Positions 8,582 to 17,600 of a stretch of DNA of 64,000 nt are shown piece after piece. The DNA comes from a virus. Its lineage: Duplodnaviria; Caudoviricetes. Location: IMG/VR virus record IMGVR_UViG_3300037400_003286; one strand, written 5' to 3'. The number at the start of each line of letters is the position of its first letter. Within the stretch, counting starts at the first letter, position 1. The position numbers and the translations under genes were made by a program. Under the pieces are notes generated by a model. It searched no databases. It was not told where the DNA came from and worked only from the letters and a program-made list of their open reading frames with translations.

Positions 8582-9040
8582 TTATATAAAATTTCTTAAC
8601 TTACCATACAAATAATGATATAACATCTGTGTTCTCGTTTTTGATATGTTTGAAATCTTTGTTTCAAAAAATCCACCACAAGGAAAAACTATCCTGTTAA
8701 ACCTGTTTGTATTCTTTATTATCTCATTAAAATCATCATCAATAACACTCTTGAATTCATCAAAATCAGAATCATTCCACCTTCCAGATATACCTTTCCT
8801 GAATTTGTTATAATAATGCTGTGTAGTAATAGGATAAGCATTGTCCAAACCACGTATTACAGCAGACGTAACTTTAGGATAATGCTTACCACAACCATAC
8901 TTGTGACTATACCATGAATCATTATAAATTATACCAGATCCAGAATCCCTGTCAGTATTGTCAGTGAAAATATACATAGTCGATGAATCAGACTTCACCG
9001 AATCCCTGTTATAATATTCTGTTGCAACATCTATAACCAT
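8582..9040 (-). CDS. Hypothetical protein, probably truncated by IS607 (start revised to ATG 9040)
   Basis: The track's MYICN N-terminus is a translation of the promoter. Motifs YIFTDN and SAVIRGLDNAYPITT. Confidence 0.65.
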   Translation of the reverse strand: MVIDVATEYYNRDSVKSDSSTMYIFTDNTDRDSGSGIIYNDSWYSHKYGCGKHYPKVTSAVIRGLDNAYPITTQHYYNKFRKGISGRWNDSDFDEFKSVIDDDFNEIIKNTNRFNRIVFPCGGFFETKISNISKTRTQMLYHYLYGKLRNFI

Positions 9041-9070
9041 ATTGCAAATATACAACTAATAATTGACATA

Positions 9071-9107
9071 TAAAAAAGATCGATCAATTTTGTATTGATC
9101 GATCCTT
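9071..9107 (-). terminator. Intrinsic terminator built from two GATCGATC sites
   Basis: gatcgatcaat/attgatcgatc hairpin followed by a U run on the minus strand. Confidence 0.65.
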
Positions 9108-9127
9108 CTATAAAGCTGTTTTTATGA

Positions 9128-9442
9128 TTACTTCTCTTTCTTGGTAAACCAACTGTCAATCCACTTGTGGATAGCCTCAATATCATAGATACCGTTTGAA
9201 GAAAGACCTACAACTGCACTCAAGGCTACATAGCTGGGCCACTGAATATCAGCACCAAGGAATCCCATAGCGATTGAACCGCATGCAAGACCTGCACCAA
9301 CAAGCCATGAAATAGGCTGCTTCCAGTTGTCAGCAATCTTGAAAAGCTGGTTGATTACTCCAGTAACGGTTGTAGACAATGCAACAAGGATAGGAGCCAT
9401 GTACCAGAAAGCATCATTAAAAATCTCTGTAATTACGTTCAT
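9128..9442 (-). CDS. Membrane protein, holin-like
   Basis: Three hydrophobic segments, GLSSNGIYD motif, basic C-terminus. Confidence 0.55.
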   Translation of the reverse strand: MNVITEIFNDAFWYMAPILVALSTTVTGVINQLFKIADNWKQPISWLVGAGLACGSIAMGFLGADIQWPSYVALSAVVGLSSNGIYDIEAIHKWIDSWFTKKEK

Positions 9443-9468
9443 TTTTTTCTAATTGTTTTGTTTTAAAA

Positions 9469-10221
9469 TTAATTTCCGATTGGAAATATACCTTCTCTAA
9501 AATAACGTTTTATTTCATTTATTACATAGTAAACATCAGGATTTCTATAAGTAGCTGAATGTGATCCGTTATCATTTATATCAAGATATAGCATTTCATT
9601 TTCATAAGAAGCTATAATTTTCCTTAATGTTCTGTATTGTTCCAATGTAGGTTCTTTGCCTATGTTTATGCTTTTTTGCAAAAACCTTATATTTCCAAGT
9701 TTTAGAAAACTATAAGTTGATTTTACTCCAGGGATCTTAGTCACTATGCAATGTTCCTCCAAAGTATATATGCAAGTTCCATCGGTGAGAATCCATCCTC
9801 TACCATCTTTCAAATATTCGCCTACTCTGAATATCTTTTTTGCAGCAGCATTTACCTCAGCTGGATCGTTCAAATCAATATCATCAACCAATAAAAATGT
9901 CTCCAATTCACCTTTTCCTTTCTTCATGCAGTCTGACAATATCGTTTCAGCACAATTCTTTCCATATTCATTTTCAATTGTAGAAAGATCTGCTGTAGCA
10001 AAGTCAAAACTATGAAATGTTTCATTGTCAAAAAATTCAAGATCAAATTCAACATAATCATTTATATATTGAATATAATTATCTCTTATGTCTTCAAGAT
10101 CATTATCTGATAACCAGTCAAGATATTCATCAATGTCAAAATTCCATTCGTACTCTATTTTTCCAATATAATTTATTGGCGGAAACATGGTGTTTAAAAT
10201 ATAGATTTTATTATTTATCAA
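9469..10221 (-). CDS. Hypothetical protein (start uncertain)
   Basis: 250-aa ORF; GWILTDG motif. Confidence 0.7.
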   Translation of the reverse strand: MINNKIYILNTMFPPINYIGKIEYEWNFDIDEYLDWLSDNDLEDIRDNYIQYINDYVEFDLEFFDNETFHSFDFATADLSTIENEYGKNCAETILSDCMKKGKGELETFLLVDDIDLNDPAEVNAAAKKIFRVGEYLKDGRGWILTDGTCIYTLEEHCIVTKIPGVKSTYSFLKLGNIRFLQKSINIGKEPTLEQYRTLRKIIASYENEMLYLDINDNGSHSATYRNPDVYYVINEIKRYFREGIFPIGN

Positions 10222-10287
10222 AAAAGAAAAAAGGATCTGAATCCTGTAGCAAAGTTTATCTGTATGCTAAATAGGATCGATCCTTGT

Positions 10288-10382
10288 CAGAAGTCTGAAG
10301 TTCTCCAACCGTACTCAGTTAAACTTAAATTTACATTTGATCAAGTATTAGAAAGTAAAAATAAGTTTGCAGTATGACTTCC
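10288..10382 (-). ncRNA. ACAGCAA-family RNA, copy E2 (ACTGCAA variant)
   Basis: GGAAGTC-at-ACTGCAAA...GACTTCT-G. Confidence 0.7.
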
Positions 10383-10472
10383 ATGTTGCCTGAAGATCGC
10401 TCTAACCAGATAATTTAACGGTAACGCGAGAGAACTCGGCTATATTATTTATTTTTGTGTTTATATAATTTG

Positions 10473-10544
10473 TGCGCCCGCTGGGTTACGATCCCAGGAC
10501 CCGTACATTAAAAGTGTACTGCTCTACCACTGAGCTACGAGCGC
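10473..10544 (-). tRNA. tRNA-Lys(TTT)
   Basis: Acceptor GCGCTCG/CGGGCGC, anticodon arm GTACA-CTTTTAA-TGTAC, T loop ATCGTAA. Confidence 0.92.
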
Positions 10545-10629
10545 ATTCCATATCACCCATAACTCAATGGCTATGGATGAACTACTGTTTTATATGTTTG
10601 AATTTCTTGTTCATCATTTTAATATTTTG

Positions 10630-10703
10630 TGCTCCCACTGGGACTCGAACCCAGGATCCTCTGTTTAAGAGACAGATGCTTTAACCAACTCAGCTATAGG
10701 AGC
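10630..10703 (-). tRNA. tRNA-Lys(CTT)
   Basis: Acceptor GCTCCTA/TGGGAGC, anticodon arm TCTGT-CTCTTAA-ACAGA. Confidence 0.92.
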
Positions 10704-10815
10704 AAATACTTATACATCCAAAGCTAAATCAGTTAGCCTCGAATGCTACATACGCTTCTTATGCTTAAACATCAATCTCATTTTATTTTTATGTTTTTGT
10801 TGTTATCTTGTTTTG

Positions 10816-10901
10816 CGGAGATAGGTGGTTACGATCCACAACCACTTTCGTGATCCATCTCATTAGCAGTGAGTGGGCTTTCCCCAAGCCTTCTCATCTC
10901 C
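10816..10901 (-). tRNA. tRNA-Ser(GCT)
   Basis: GGAGA acceptor, loop CTGCTAA, long variable arm, G discriminator. Confidence 0.85.
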
Positions 10902-10910
10902 AAAATTATG

Positions 10911-10996
10911 CGGAGAGCGTAGGTGTCGATCCCAATACCTTTCACAGTACCAACAGTTTTCAAGACTGCGCTGTAGGCCGCTACAGTTCACTCTCC
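10911..10996 (-). tRNA. tRNA-Ser(TGA)
   Basis: GGAGAG acceptor, anticodon arm GCAGT-CTTGAAA-ACTGT, long variable arm. Confidence 0.85.
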
Positions 10997-10999
10997 AAG

Positions 11000-12013
11000 T
11001 TATTCAATATTGTGTCTTCTTCTATATCTTAATAATGCGTTTTTACCAACATTAAATCGTTTTGCTATTTCAACCCACGAGGAGCCACACTCTCTCATAG
11101 ATTTTAATACATCAATATCTATTTTATCTTCCGATTCACAGTGTATCATTGATTCATTTGGTTCTCTCCCAATTACCCATCCATTTGACAAATATTCATC
11201 AATGTCTTGCTTCTTTATTTTTTTATTTTTTCCATCCTTCTTTATCCAACAAGTACCAAACTGGGAATTCTTTTCTCCTTGTTGATCGTTATTTAATCGA
11301 TGAGTTTCACTCATTTTTTGTTTTGTTTCATCTTTATGTTTTCTTCCAACCCAAAAATAAACTAATTCTCCAGATACGTATCGTGGATCATCTTTCTTTA
11401 CCATGTACGCATTTCCGTTTTTATCTTTTACTAATACCATATCTTGTGACACATAAAATAAAATACCTTGTTTAATTCTCTCATCGTTAACATCAACTAA
11501 AAATCTATTTGAATTTGAATCTTTAACAACTGCTTTATTTTTTGTTACTCCGTAAACAACTCCAGATCTGACAAGATAATGATCCTTTGGTAAATGATAT
11601 ATGTTTCCCTCAACATCTCTATAATTACCATATCCAATCGTATGGCCAACATATTCACCGCTTTTTATTTTTGGATCGTCAACTGGAGCAAAGAACACAT
11701 TTCCATTTTTGTCTTTAACTGTTGCTAAACCATATGAATTGAAACCAAATCCACCACACATTAAGTTATAACAATTTTGGTCTCTAACTAAATCTTCTGT
11801 AACAATTTCAGATTCATAAGCAAAAGCATCTTCTTTTGTTTCAAAGAATTTTAATATTTCCTTTGTAAAGAACTCTACGCCGTATTTTTTATATGCACGG
11901 TGTAATCTTTTACCAGATCCCATATATCCGTCATTTAAATCATCTGTAGAATGAACTCCATAATAAAAATGTCCGTTTATGTTATTAGTTATCTTATAAA
12001 AATAATGGTACAT
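11000..12013 (-). CDS. GIY-YIG (Seg-like) homing endonuclease
   Basis: YFYKITNNING.FYYGVHST...YMGSG...YN, internal VKDKNGN repeats, NUMOD3-like H.DETK.KMS, C-terminal HTH. Confidence 0.88.
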   Translation of the reverse strand: MYHYFYKITNNINGHFYYGVHSTDDLNDGYMGSGKRLHRAYKKYGVEFFTKEILKFFETKEDAFAYESEIVTEDLVRDQNCYNLMCGGFGFNSYGLATVKDKNGNVFFAPVDDPKIKSGEYVGHTIGYGNYRDVEGNIYHLPKDHYLVRSGVVYGVTKNKAVVKDSNSNRFLVDVNDERIKQGILFYVSQDMVLVKDKNGNAYMVKKDDPRYVSGELVYFWVGRKHKDETKQKMSETHRLNNDQQGEKNSQFGTCWIKKDGKNKKIKKQDIDEYLSNGWVIGREPNESMIHCESEDKIDIDVLKSMRECGSSWVEIAKRFNVGKNALLRYRRRHNIE

Positions 12014-12085
12014 AAGTTCGAATTGTTTTTATATTTATTTCGAACCAATGAATCAAAAATTATATTTTTCAAAGAACGCTTTTTG

Positions 12086-12249
12086 TATAGGTGACTGGAC
12101 TCGAACCAGCGACGACTGCATCGCTCCGCTAGACAGACTCGAACTGTCTTTTATCCATATATGCATCTCGCACTAACGGAGTTTCATTTTTGTCTGTCTT
12201 TCGTTGACAGTAACCAAATGCAGCGATCTACCAACTGATCTACACCTAT
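12086..12249 (-). tRNA. tRNA-Pro(TGG) interrupted by a 91-nt insert (12123-12213)
   Basis: Removing the insert gives a 73-nt cloverleaf with anticodon arm CTGCA-TTTGGGA-TGCAG. Confidence 0.8.
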
Positions 12250-12256
12250 ATATAAT

Positions 12257-12319
12257 CAGCACACCTAACTTAACATAAACCCATAATTATTGTTAGTAAA
12301 ATTTGCTGTATTGTGTGCC
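12257..12319 (-). ncRNA. ACAGCAA RNA, copy E3
   Basis: GGCACAC-aat-ACAGCAAA...GTGTGCT-G. Confidence 0.75.
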
Positions 12320-12325
12320 ATAACT

Positions 12326-12386
12326 CAAGAGGCTGCTTGTCATGAATTAAAAGTTCATTGCTAAAAAAGTTTGCTGTATGCCTCTC
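12326..12386 (-). ncRNA. ACAGCAA RNA, copy E4
   Basis: GAGAGGC-at-ACAGCAAA...GCCTCTT-G. Confidence 0.75.
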
Positions 12387-12398
12387 ATCATATATCTT

Positions 12399-12475
12399 CA
12401 GAAGACGTTTAATTTTCACCACTTCACCTGAAACTAATTAACATGATTATGAAAATAGTTTGCTGTATGCCTTCC
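12399..12475 (-). ncRNA. ACAGCAA RNA, copy E5
   Basis: GGAAGGC-at-ACAGCAAA...GTCTTCT-G. Confidence 0.75.
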
Positions 12476-12566
12476 ATCATATCATCCGATCAAAACTTCA
12501 ACCTTCTTTGAGGTAGGTGATAATATCGAATAATACTTTATATTTAACTTTTCAAATAACTCTTTG

Positions 12567-12638
12567 CGGTCTATAAGGGAGTCGAACCCTTGTCCCAGGA
12601 TAGACAGTCCAGTATAATGACCGTTATACGAATAGACC
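12567..12638 (-). tRNA. tRNA-Asp(GTC)
   Basis: Acceptor GGTCTAT/ATAGACC, loop CTGTCTA, G73. Confidence 0.9.
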
Positions 12639-12686
12639 AACATTTCAAGTTTTAATACAACAGTTTCTCGTAACTGTCTGATTTTG

Positions 12687-12760
12687 TGGAGGATATCGGA
12701 TTCGAACCGATGGCCCCAACATTGCAAATGTTGTGCTCTAGCCAACTGAGCTAATCCCCC
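12687..12760 (-). tRNA. tRNA-Ala(TGC)
   Basis: Acceptor GGGGGAT/ATCCTCC with G3.U70, anticodon arm CAACA-TTTGCAA-TGTTG. Confidence 0.93.
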
Positions 12761-13034
12761 AAATTGCCAATATCGTCAAGTTTTGCATTCATTTGTTCTG
12801 AGCTGTTGAATAAAAACTTCCACCCTGGTTAGGCTTTCAATCTTGGCATTTCCTGAATAACAATCTTCAGCTCCCGTCTAACTTTTGTGTTATTCACTAA
12901 GTCTGACAATCGTTGTTTCTCTGTTTGTAGTCACCACTTACTCCAGACACCGAAATGCTTAGTTACATTGGATAGTTTCGTCTATATCCACCGTCGTTTT
13001 TTATTACACCCTCTGACGGACATTTGGGTTTGAG

Positions 13035-13107
13035 AGCCTCTTGTCGGCTTCGAACCAACGACCCCGATATTACAAGTATCGTGCTCTACCAACTGAGCTA
13101 AAGAGGC
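13035..13107 (-). tRNA. tRNA-Thr(TGT)
   Basis: Acceptor GCCTCTT/AAGAGGC, anticodon arm CGATA-CTTGTAA-TATCG. Confidence 0.93.
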
Positions 13108-13130
13108 GTAACTATCTGATTATCAACTAG

Positions 13131-13204
13131 TTGCGCATCTGTGACTCGAACACAGGACCTCCAGGTTATGAGCCTGGCGAGCTACCAACTGCTACCAATG
13201 CGCG
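13131..13204 (-). tRNA. tRNA-fMet(CAT), initiator-like
   Basis: C1:A72 mismatch (CGCGCAT/ATGCGCA), anticodon arm CCAGG-CTCATAA-CCTGG. Confidence 0.85.
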
Positions 13205-13298
13205 ATATTATATTGTTTCAAAGAACTCTTGTTTCAACGTTGCAAATATACAACTTTATTTTGAAATAGAAAAATAATTTTCAAAAAATATTTTCAAT

Positions 13299-13607
13299 TT
13301 ATGCTATACTGTTCATCAACTCCTTGACAATCATGCTTCTAAGATCTGCTGGAATATCATCCTTGTATCCATCAAGAACGGTAATAATTTCTCCAAGCAA
13401 TTCATCTTCATTATCAATATGGTCATGAACCCATACATCCTGAACATTTACCTGATCGATCCATTTATCATTTGTACCGTCATGTTCTTTCATGAACTCA
13501 GCAAACTTGTCAGCATCTTCTTTTCGTGTATAGATAGCGTTAAGTTCTGTTGTTCCGTCTTTATATGTTGTCTGTACTGTCCAGACTGTATTCTTTGGTA
13601 TATACAT
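13299..13607 (-). CDS. Hypothetical protein
   Basis: 102-aa ORF on the coding strand. Confidence 0.7.
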   Translation of the reverse strand: MYIPKNTVWTVQTTYKDGTTELNAIYTRKEDADKFAEFMKEHDGTNDKWIDQVNVQDVWVHDHIDNEDELLGEIITVLDGYKDDIPADLRSMIVKELMNSIA

Positions 13608-13637
13608 AAACTTAAGTGTTAGATTTTTATAAATAAA

Positions 13638-14492
13638 CTATTCTATTAATTCTTTTATCTTTTTGTATTTTCTATTTAAATATATATCATCTTTTTCATT
13701 ATATATGCGTTTCAAAAAATATATTATTTTTCCTATATTTGCTGATCTTATACAAGAACTTTTATATTTACCATTTGAAGATTGTTTGATTTTAAAATCT
13801 ATTCCATATTTTTGTTTTAAATAACTTATTATATAACCCCAATCTTGTTCATATCTTCCAGATAAAGAAAGTTGTACAACACGTTTTTTTGTTTTTGAAA
13901 CGTATATACATCCATCACCGTCAAATAATCCCCTTAAAAAATATTCTATATAACATTCTGGTACATAGTTAAATATTTTTTCATGCGACTCTATAGATTT
14001 TGGATATTTACCTAAAGATTTAAGACGTGTTATGTTCTTATTATCGTAATCAGTGTAATAAAAAGTTTTTTGTACTTGTCTTCCTTCTCTATTTCTAATG
14101 TATGTTTTAAAACTCGCAACTTTTAATAATATATGTTCTATATCATCAGCGTCACTTTTTGCTATTTCTAATATAAGATTTTTATTTCTGCTTATGTATC
14201 CATCTGACCAAAAATATCCCAAAAAATATGCAAGTTCTTTTGGATTATCAGTTAAATTGAAATCAATTGAAAGATATTTTGTATTATCATAAAAAATTAA
14301 ACTATCTATTTCATCATCTGTTGCTTTACATGCGTATTTACAATAACCAAGTTCTTCATAACATTTCGTTACAGCACCACTTATTGATCTATTTAGTTTT
14401 TCCGCACAAAGACGAATACCAAATTTATCAACGTTTTCTTTTAGAAATTGAATTTCCTCATCTGAATATTGTTTATTGATTTTATTGCTCAT
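13638..14492 (-). CDS. LAGLIDADG homing endonuclease
   Basis: LAYFLGYFWSDG and FLRGLFDGDG motifs, terminal LNRK. Confidence 0.92.
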   Translation of the reverse strand: MSNKINKQYSDEEIQFLKENVDKFGIRLCAEKLNRSISGAVTKCYEELGYCKYACKATDDEIDSLIFYDNTKYLSIDFNLTDNPKELAYFLGYFWSDGYISRNKNLILEIAKSDADDIEHILLKVASFKTYIRNREGRQVQKTFYYTDYDNKNITRLKSLGKYPKSIESHEKIFNYVPECYIEYFLRGLFDGDGCIYVSKTKKRVVQLSLSGRYEQDWGYIISYLKQKYGIDFKIKQSSNGKYKSSCIRSANIGKIIYFLKRIYNEKDDIYLNRKYKKIKELIE

Positions 14493-14508
14493 AAATAATG
14501 TAGTAATT

Positions 14509-15135
14509 TTATGTATTTATCCACACACTCATATTTACATTTTTATTAATTTGAAAATCCATTTTCGATTTTAATTCATGCCATGAAATTGGTTTATAAT
14601 TATTAAAATCAACACCAACATCATATTGTGATGGAAAAGCAAAATCTATAATTCTTTTTATATCTTTATTATATTCTAAAATATTAATATTTTTTCGAAA
14701 GTGTGTATGTCCATGAATAGCGTATACATTATGTTGTTCCCTATATGCACCACCAAAGCACAGGAAAGGAAAATGGTTCAAGTATATTGATACGTCATCA
14801 ACTTGTATATACATTTGTTGTGTAACCATTTCAAAATACTTCGCATATCCTTCACGATAGTTTTTCATGTCGTGATTTCCCATGATCAGATAGTGTTTTC
14901 CTTTCAGTCTTGACAGTGCATCATTCCAGACTTGTGATCCTCCGATTGCAAAATCACCGAGATCAAACACTATTCCATCTTCATGTACGGTTTTATTCCA
15001 GTTGTCAATGAGCGTCTCGTTCATTTCCTCGATATTAGAGAATGGCCTGTGGCTATACTCTATGATGTTCTTATGACCTATGTGAAGATCTGATGTAAAA
15101 AACACCTTATCGGGGTTGAACTTGAATTCTTTCAT
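14509..15135 (-). CDS. Calcineurin-like metallophosphoesterase
   Basis: FTSDLH.GH, LGD, GNHD, H.P, HGHTH, DVGVD. Confidence 0.92.
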   Translation of the reverse strand: MKEFKFNPDKVFFTSDLHIGHKNIIEYSHRPFSNIEEMNETLIDNWNKTVHEDGIVFDLGDFAIGGSQVWNDALSRLKGKHYLIMGNHDMKNYREGYAKYFEMVTQQMYIQVDDVSIYLNHFPFLCFGGAYREQHNVYAIHGHTHFRKNINILEYNKDIKRIIDFAFPSQYDVGVDFNNYKPISWHELKSKMDFQINKNVNMSVWINT

Positions 15136-15243
15136 TTCTTTATTCTTTAATTCTATTGCAAATATACAACTTTATTTTCTATTATGAAAACAAAAATGGT
15201 GAACTTTTATCAAGTCCACCATTAACTTTATACTTTAAGCCTT

Positions 15244-15771
15244 TTAGTACGGTCTCTGTGCTACATAAGCATCTGGTTTTTCCGTCGCTGGCTTAGGTGG
15301 ACATTGTGCTGTGTATGTTGGTGTCGCCTCTGGTGCAACGTATGCATCCTTGATAGGGGGGCATGCAACATAGGTTGGTGTGATACTACTCATACCTGCG
15401 GACTCTGGATCGATCAATTCTGAAATTGCTGGAGTATCTACAGTATATCCTGCTTTCTCTTCATCATCTTTTGACTCATCATCCTTATCTTCCTCGTCCT
15501 TCTTATCATCAGATACAGACTCGTTCAGCATTTCTGCTGGCGCTTCAGGTTTATCAAGTGGCTCTGCATTCTCTGGTGCATCTTCTTTCTCAACATTCTC
15601 AGAAATGTTCTTAGGAGCAATTACCTCAGAAACATCCTTCTTGTCTTCTGTATCATCAACCTTCTCAAGATTTACAACATTCTCTTCTTTCTGCTCAGAT
15701 ACAACAGGAGTATCTTCGACAGTCTTTGCCGTAGTAACCTTTGTATCTTTATCAATTGTTTTCTTTGCCAT
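15244..15771 (-). CDS. Acidic low-complexity protein
   Basis: E/D/K/P-rich with C-terminal YVA repeats; GATAAATA motif upstream. Confidence 0.7.
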   Translation of the reverse strand: MAKKTIDKDTKVTTAKTVEDTPVVSEQKEENVVNLEKVDDTEDKKDVSEVIAPKNISENVEKEDAPENAEPLDKPEAPAEMLNESVSDDKKDEEDKDDESKDDEEKAGYTVDTPAISELIDPESAGMSSITPTYVACPPIKDAYVAPEATPTYTAQCPPKPATEKPDAYVAQRPY

Positions 15772-15878
15772 TGCTTAATGGTTTTGTTTTATTGCTTTCG
15801 TACTATTTATTTATCTTTGTTAAAAAAGGTATTTTTTTATTTTTTCTTAAAGTACGATTCATTATATTTATCTTTTAC

Positions 15879-16553
15879 TTATTTCTTTTTCTTCGTCATT
15901 ATATTATCAACCATACCATATTCAACAGCTTCCTGTGCATTCATCCAGTAGTCACGATCTGCATCAACAAGGATTTTTTCATAAAGCTGTCCAGTGTGAT
16001 CAGCGATAATATGAAGAAGTTCCTCTTTTGTCTTCTGCATTTCCTTTGCTGCAATCATGATGTCTGATGCCTGTCCTTCTGTTCCACCAAGAGGCTGATG
16101 AATAAGAACACGGGAGTGTGGAAGTATGTTACGTTTTCCTTTTTCTCCAGCACAGAGAAGAACAGCACCCATAGAAGCAGCCATTCCAGTACATATTGTA
16201 GACACGTCTGGGTTGATAAGCTGCATAGTATCATAGATACCTAGACCAGACGATACGTGTCCTCCTGGTGTGTTCAGATAAAGAGAAATATCTGATTTAT
16301 CATCGTTTGATGAAAGGTAAAGAAGCTGTGCCTGTACAATATTGGCAACATCATCATCAATAGGCACACCAAGGAAAATAATACGATCGGCCTGTAAACG
16401 GCTGAAAATATCCATTTGTGCTACATTTAGCTTACGTTCCTCAAGAATTGTAGGATTAATGTAAGCGTCGTTGAATTTAGCGTAACCATCAAGCGTCAAA
16501 GAGGAAAGTCCTCGATCTCTTGCATAGAGATAAAAATCTTTTCTATTATTCAT
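15879..16553 (-). CDS. clpP: ATP-dependent Clp protease proteolytic subunit
   Basis: DIFSRL..DRIIFLG, YLNTPGG, GMAASMG (Ser), IHQP (His), DRD (Asp). Confidence 0.97.
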   Translation of the reverse strand: MNNRKDFYLYARDRGLSSLTLDGYAKFNDAYINPTILEERKLNVAQMDIFSRLQADRIIFLGVPIDDDVANIVQAQLLYLSSNDDKSDISLYLNTPGGHVSSGLGIYDTMQLINPDVSTICTGMAASMGAVLLCAGEKGKRNILPHSRVLIHQPLGGTEGQASDIMIAAKEMQKTKEELLHIIADHTGQLYEKILVDADRDYWMNAQEAVEYGMVDNIMTKKKK

Positions 16554-16645
16554 ATCTTAACTTTTAATTGTAATCTTATTGCAAATATACAACTTTATTT
16601 TGATGTGTGAAAAAGTATGATTCAAAAATCATCAAATTAAGTTTG

Positions 16646-17491
16646 TTATATTGTTTGAGCATCTATTTTGATAGAATCTGCTTTTTCTTTTTTGCGATCT
16701 AAATAAACAGTAGCATTATCATACAAATAATTATAAAGATTTAAAAAATTATTATTTCCTCCAATTTTAATTTCCCAAACATCTTTATCTTTATATTTGT
16801 ATATATTAGCTGTTGTTAGACAAACATTTTTCAAATTATCAAGGATCCATGTTAAGAAATTTTTAGTCCCTAAGAAAGATATATTTCCATATGGCTTCCA
16901 ACTATCTTTCTTAGCTTTACATTGATAAACACTTCCATCACCATTATAATATCCACGAATAAAATGCGATAATAATTCATTTGGTATCTTATTCAAAGGT
17001 GGTGGCTGTAGTATTTTACTTTTATTGTAGAATACACCTTTATCTTGTAAACAATCAACAAACACCTTATTTCTTATACTTATAGCACACGCATTAACAA
17101 CACCATAAGGAGAATTGATGGTTTCTTTAATAATTTTATGATCGCTTTTAATCGCTTTTTTGAATTTTACAAGATGATCTAAATCTTTAATGTTAAGTTT
17201 AATACCAAAAACCTCATGATTGTTACACTTTGTAATATAACCATCAGCATAAATAAACCCTAACCAATAAGCTTTTTCTTCTGTATCTATTTTATCAAAG
17301 AAATATTCATCCACTGGTAATCTGTGTGATTCACTAAGATTTTTAATATGAATATTATTTTCTTTTAATATCCTTATTATTACGCTTCGATCTTTGCCAA
17401 ATCGCTTTGCTATATATAAAACGCTTTTTGTTTTATATAGTGTTAAAATTGTATTTAATTGAGACTCGTCTGGAATCCATTTCATATGCAT
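16646..17491 (-). CDS. LAGLIDADG homing endonuclease
   Basis: AYWLGFIYADG and HFIRGYYNGDG, terminal LDRK. Confidence 0.92.
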   Translation of the reverse strand: MHMKWIPDESQLNTILTLYKTKSVLYIAKRFGKDRSVIIRILKENNIHIKNLSESHRLPVDEYFFDKIDTEEKAYWLGFIYADGYITKCNNHEVFGIKLNIKDLDHLVKFKKAIKSDHKIIKETINSPYGVVNACAISIRNKVFVDCLQDKGVFYNKSKILQPPPLNKIPNELLSHFIRGYYNGDGSVYQCKAKKDSWKPYGNISFLGTKNFLTWILDNLKNVCLTTANIYKYKDKDVWEIKIGGNNNFLNLYNYLYDNATVYLDRKKEKADSIKIDAQTI

Positions 17492-17538
17492 AATAATATA
17501 TTTTAAAAGGCCACTCTAATGAGCAGCCTTATGATATT

Positions 17539-17593
17539 CAGCACACAAAGAGTAAAAGCAATTCTTCAAAATATATGTTGCTGTAAGTGTGCC
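17539..17593 (-). ncRNA. ACAGCAA RNA, copy E6
   Basis: GGCACAC-tt-ACAGCAA...GTGTGCT-G. Confidence 0.75.
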
Positions 17594-17600
17594 ATGTAAA

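Larger units (their letters stand above)
6650..8600 (-). mobile_element. IS607-family element (tnpA + tnpB); ends approximate
   Basis: Overlapping serine-recombinase and TnpB genes; very AT-rich. Confidence 0.85.

Noticed and set aside
6650-8600. IStron (IS fused to a group I intron)
   Set aside because: Only about 70 nt of AT-rich DNA precedes tnpA, leaving no room for a ribozyme.
10386-10442. Possible tRNA remnant (TGGTTAGAGC)
   Set aside because: No T arm or anticodon arm could be built.
5176-12249. tRNA inserts as group I or group II introns
   Set aside because: At about 30-90 nt they are too short and show no catalytic core motifs.
12257-12475. ACAGCAA units as a CRISPR array
   Set aside because: There is no identical direct repeat. 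Conservation is in base pairing, unit lengths vary widely, and no cas gene is adjacent.
10472-12745. ORFs 10472-10684, 10808-11032, 10873-11055 and 12482-12745
   Set aside because: They overlap tRNA genes and are shadow translations.
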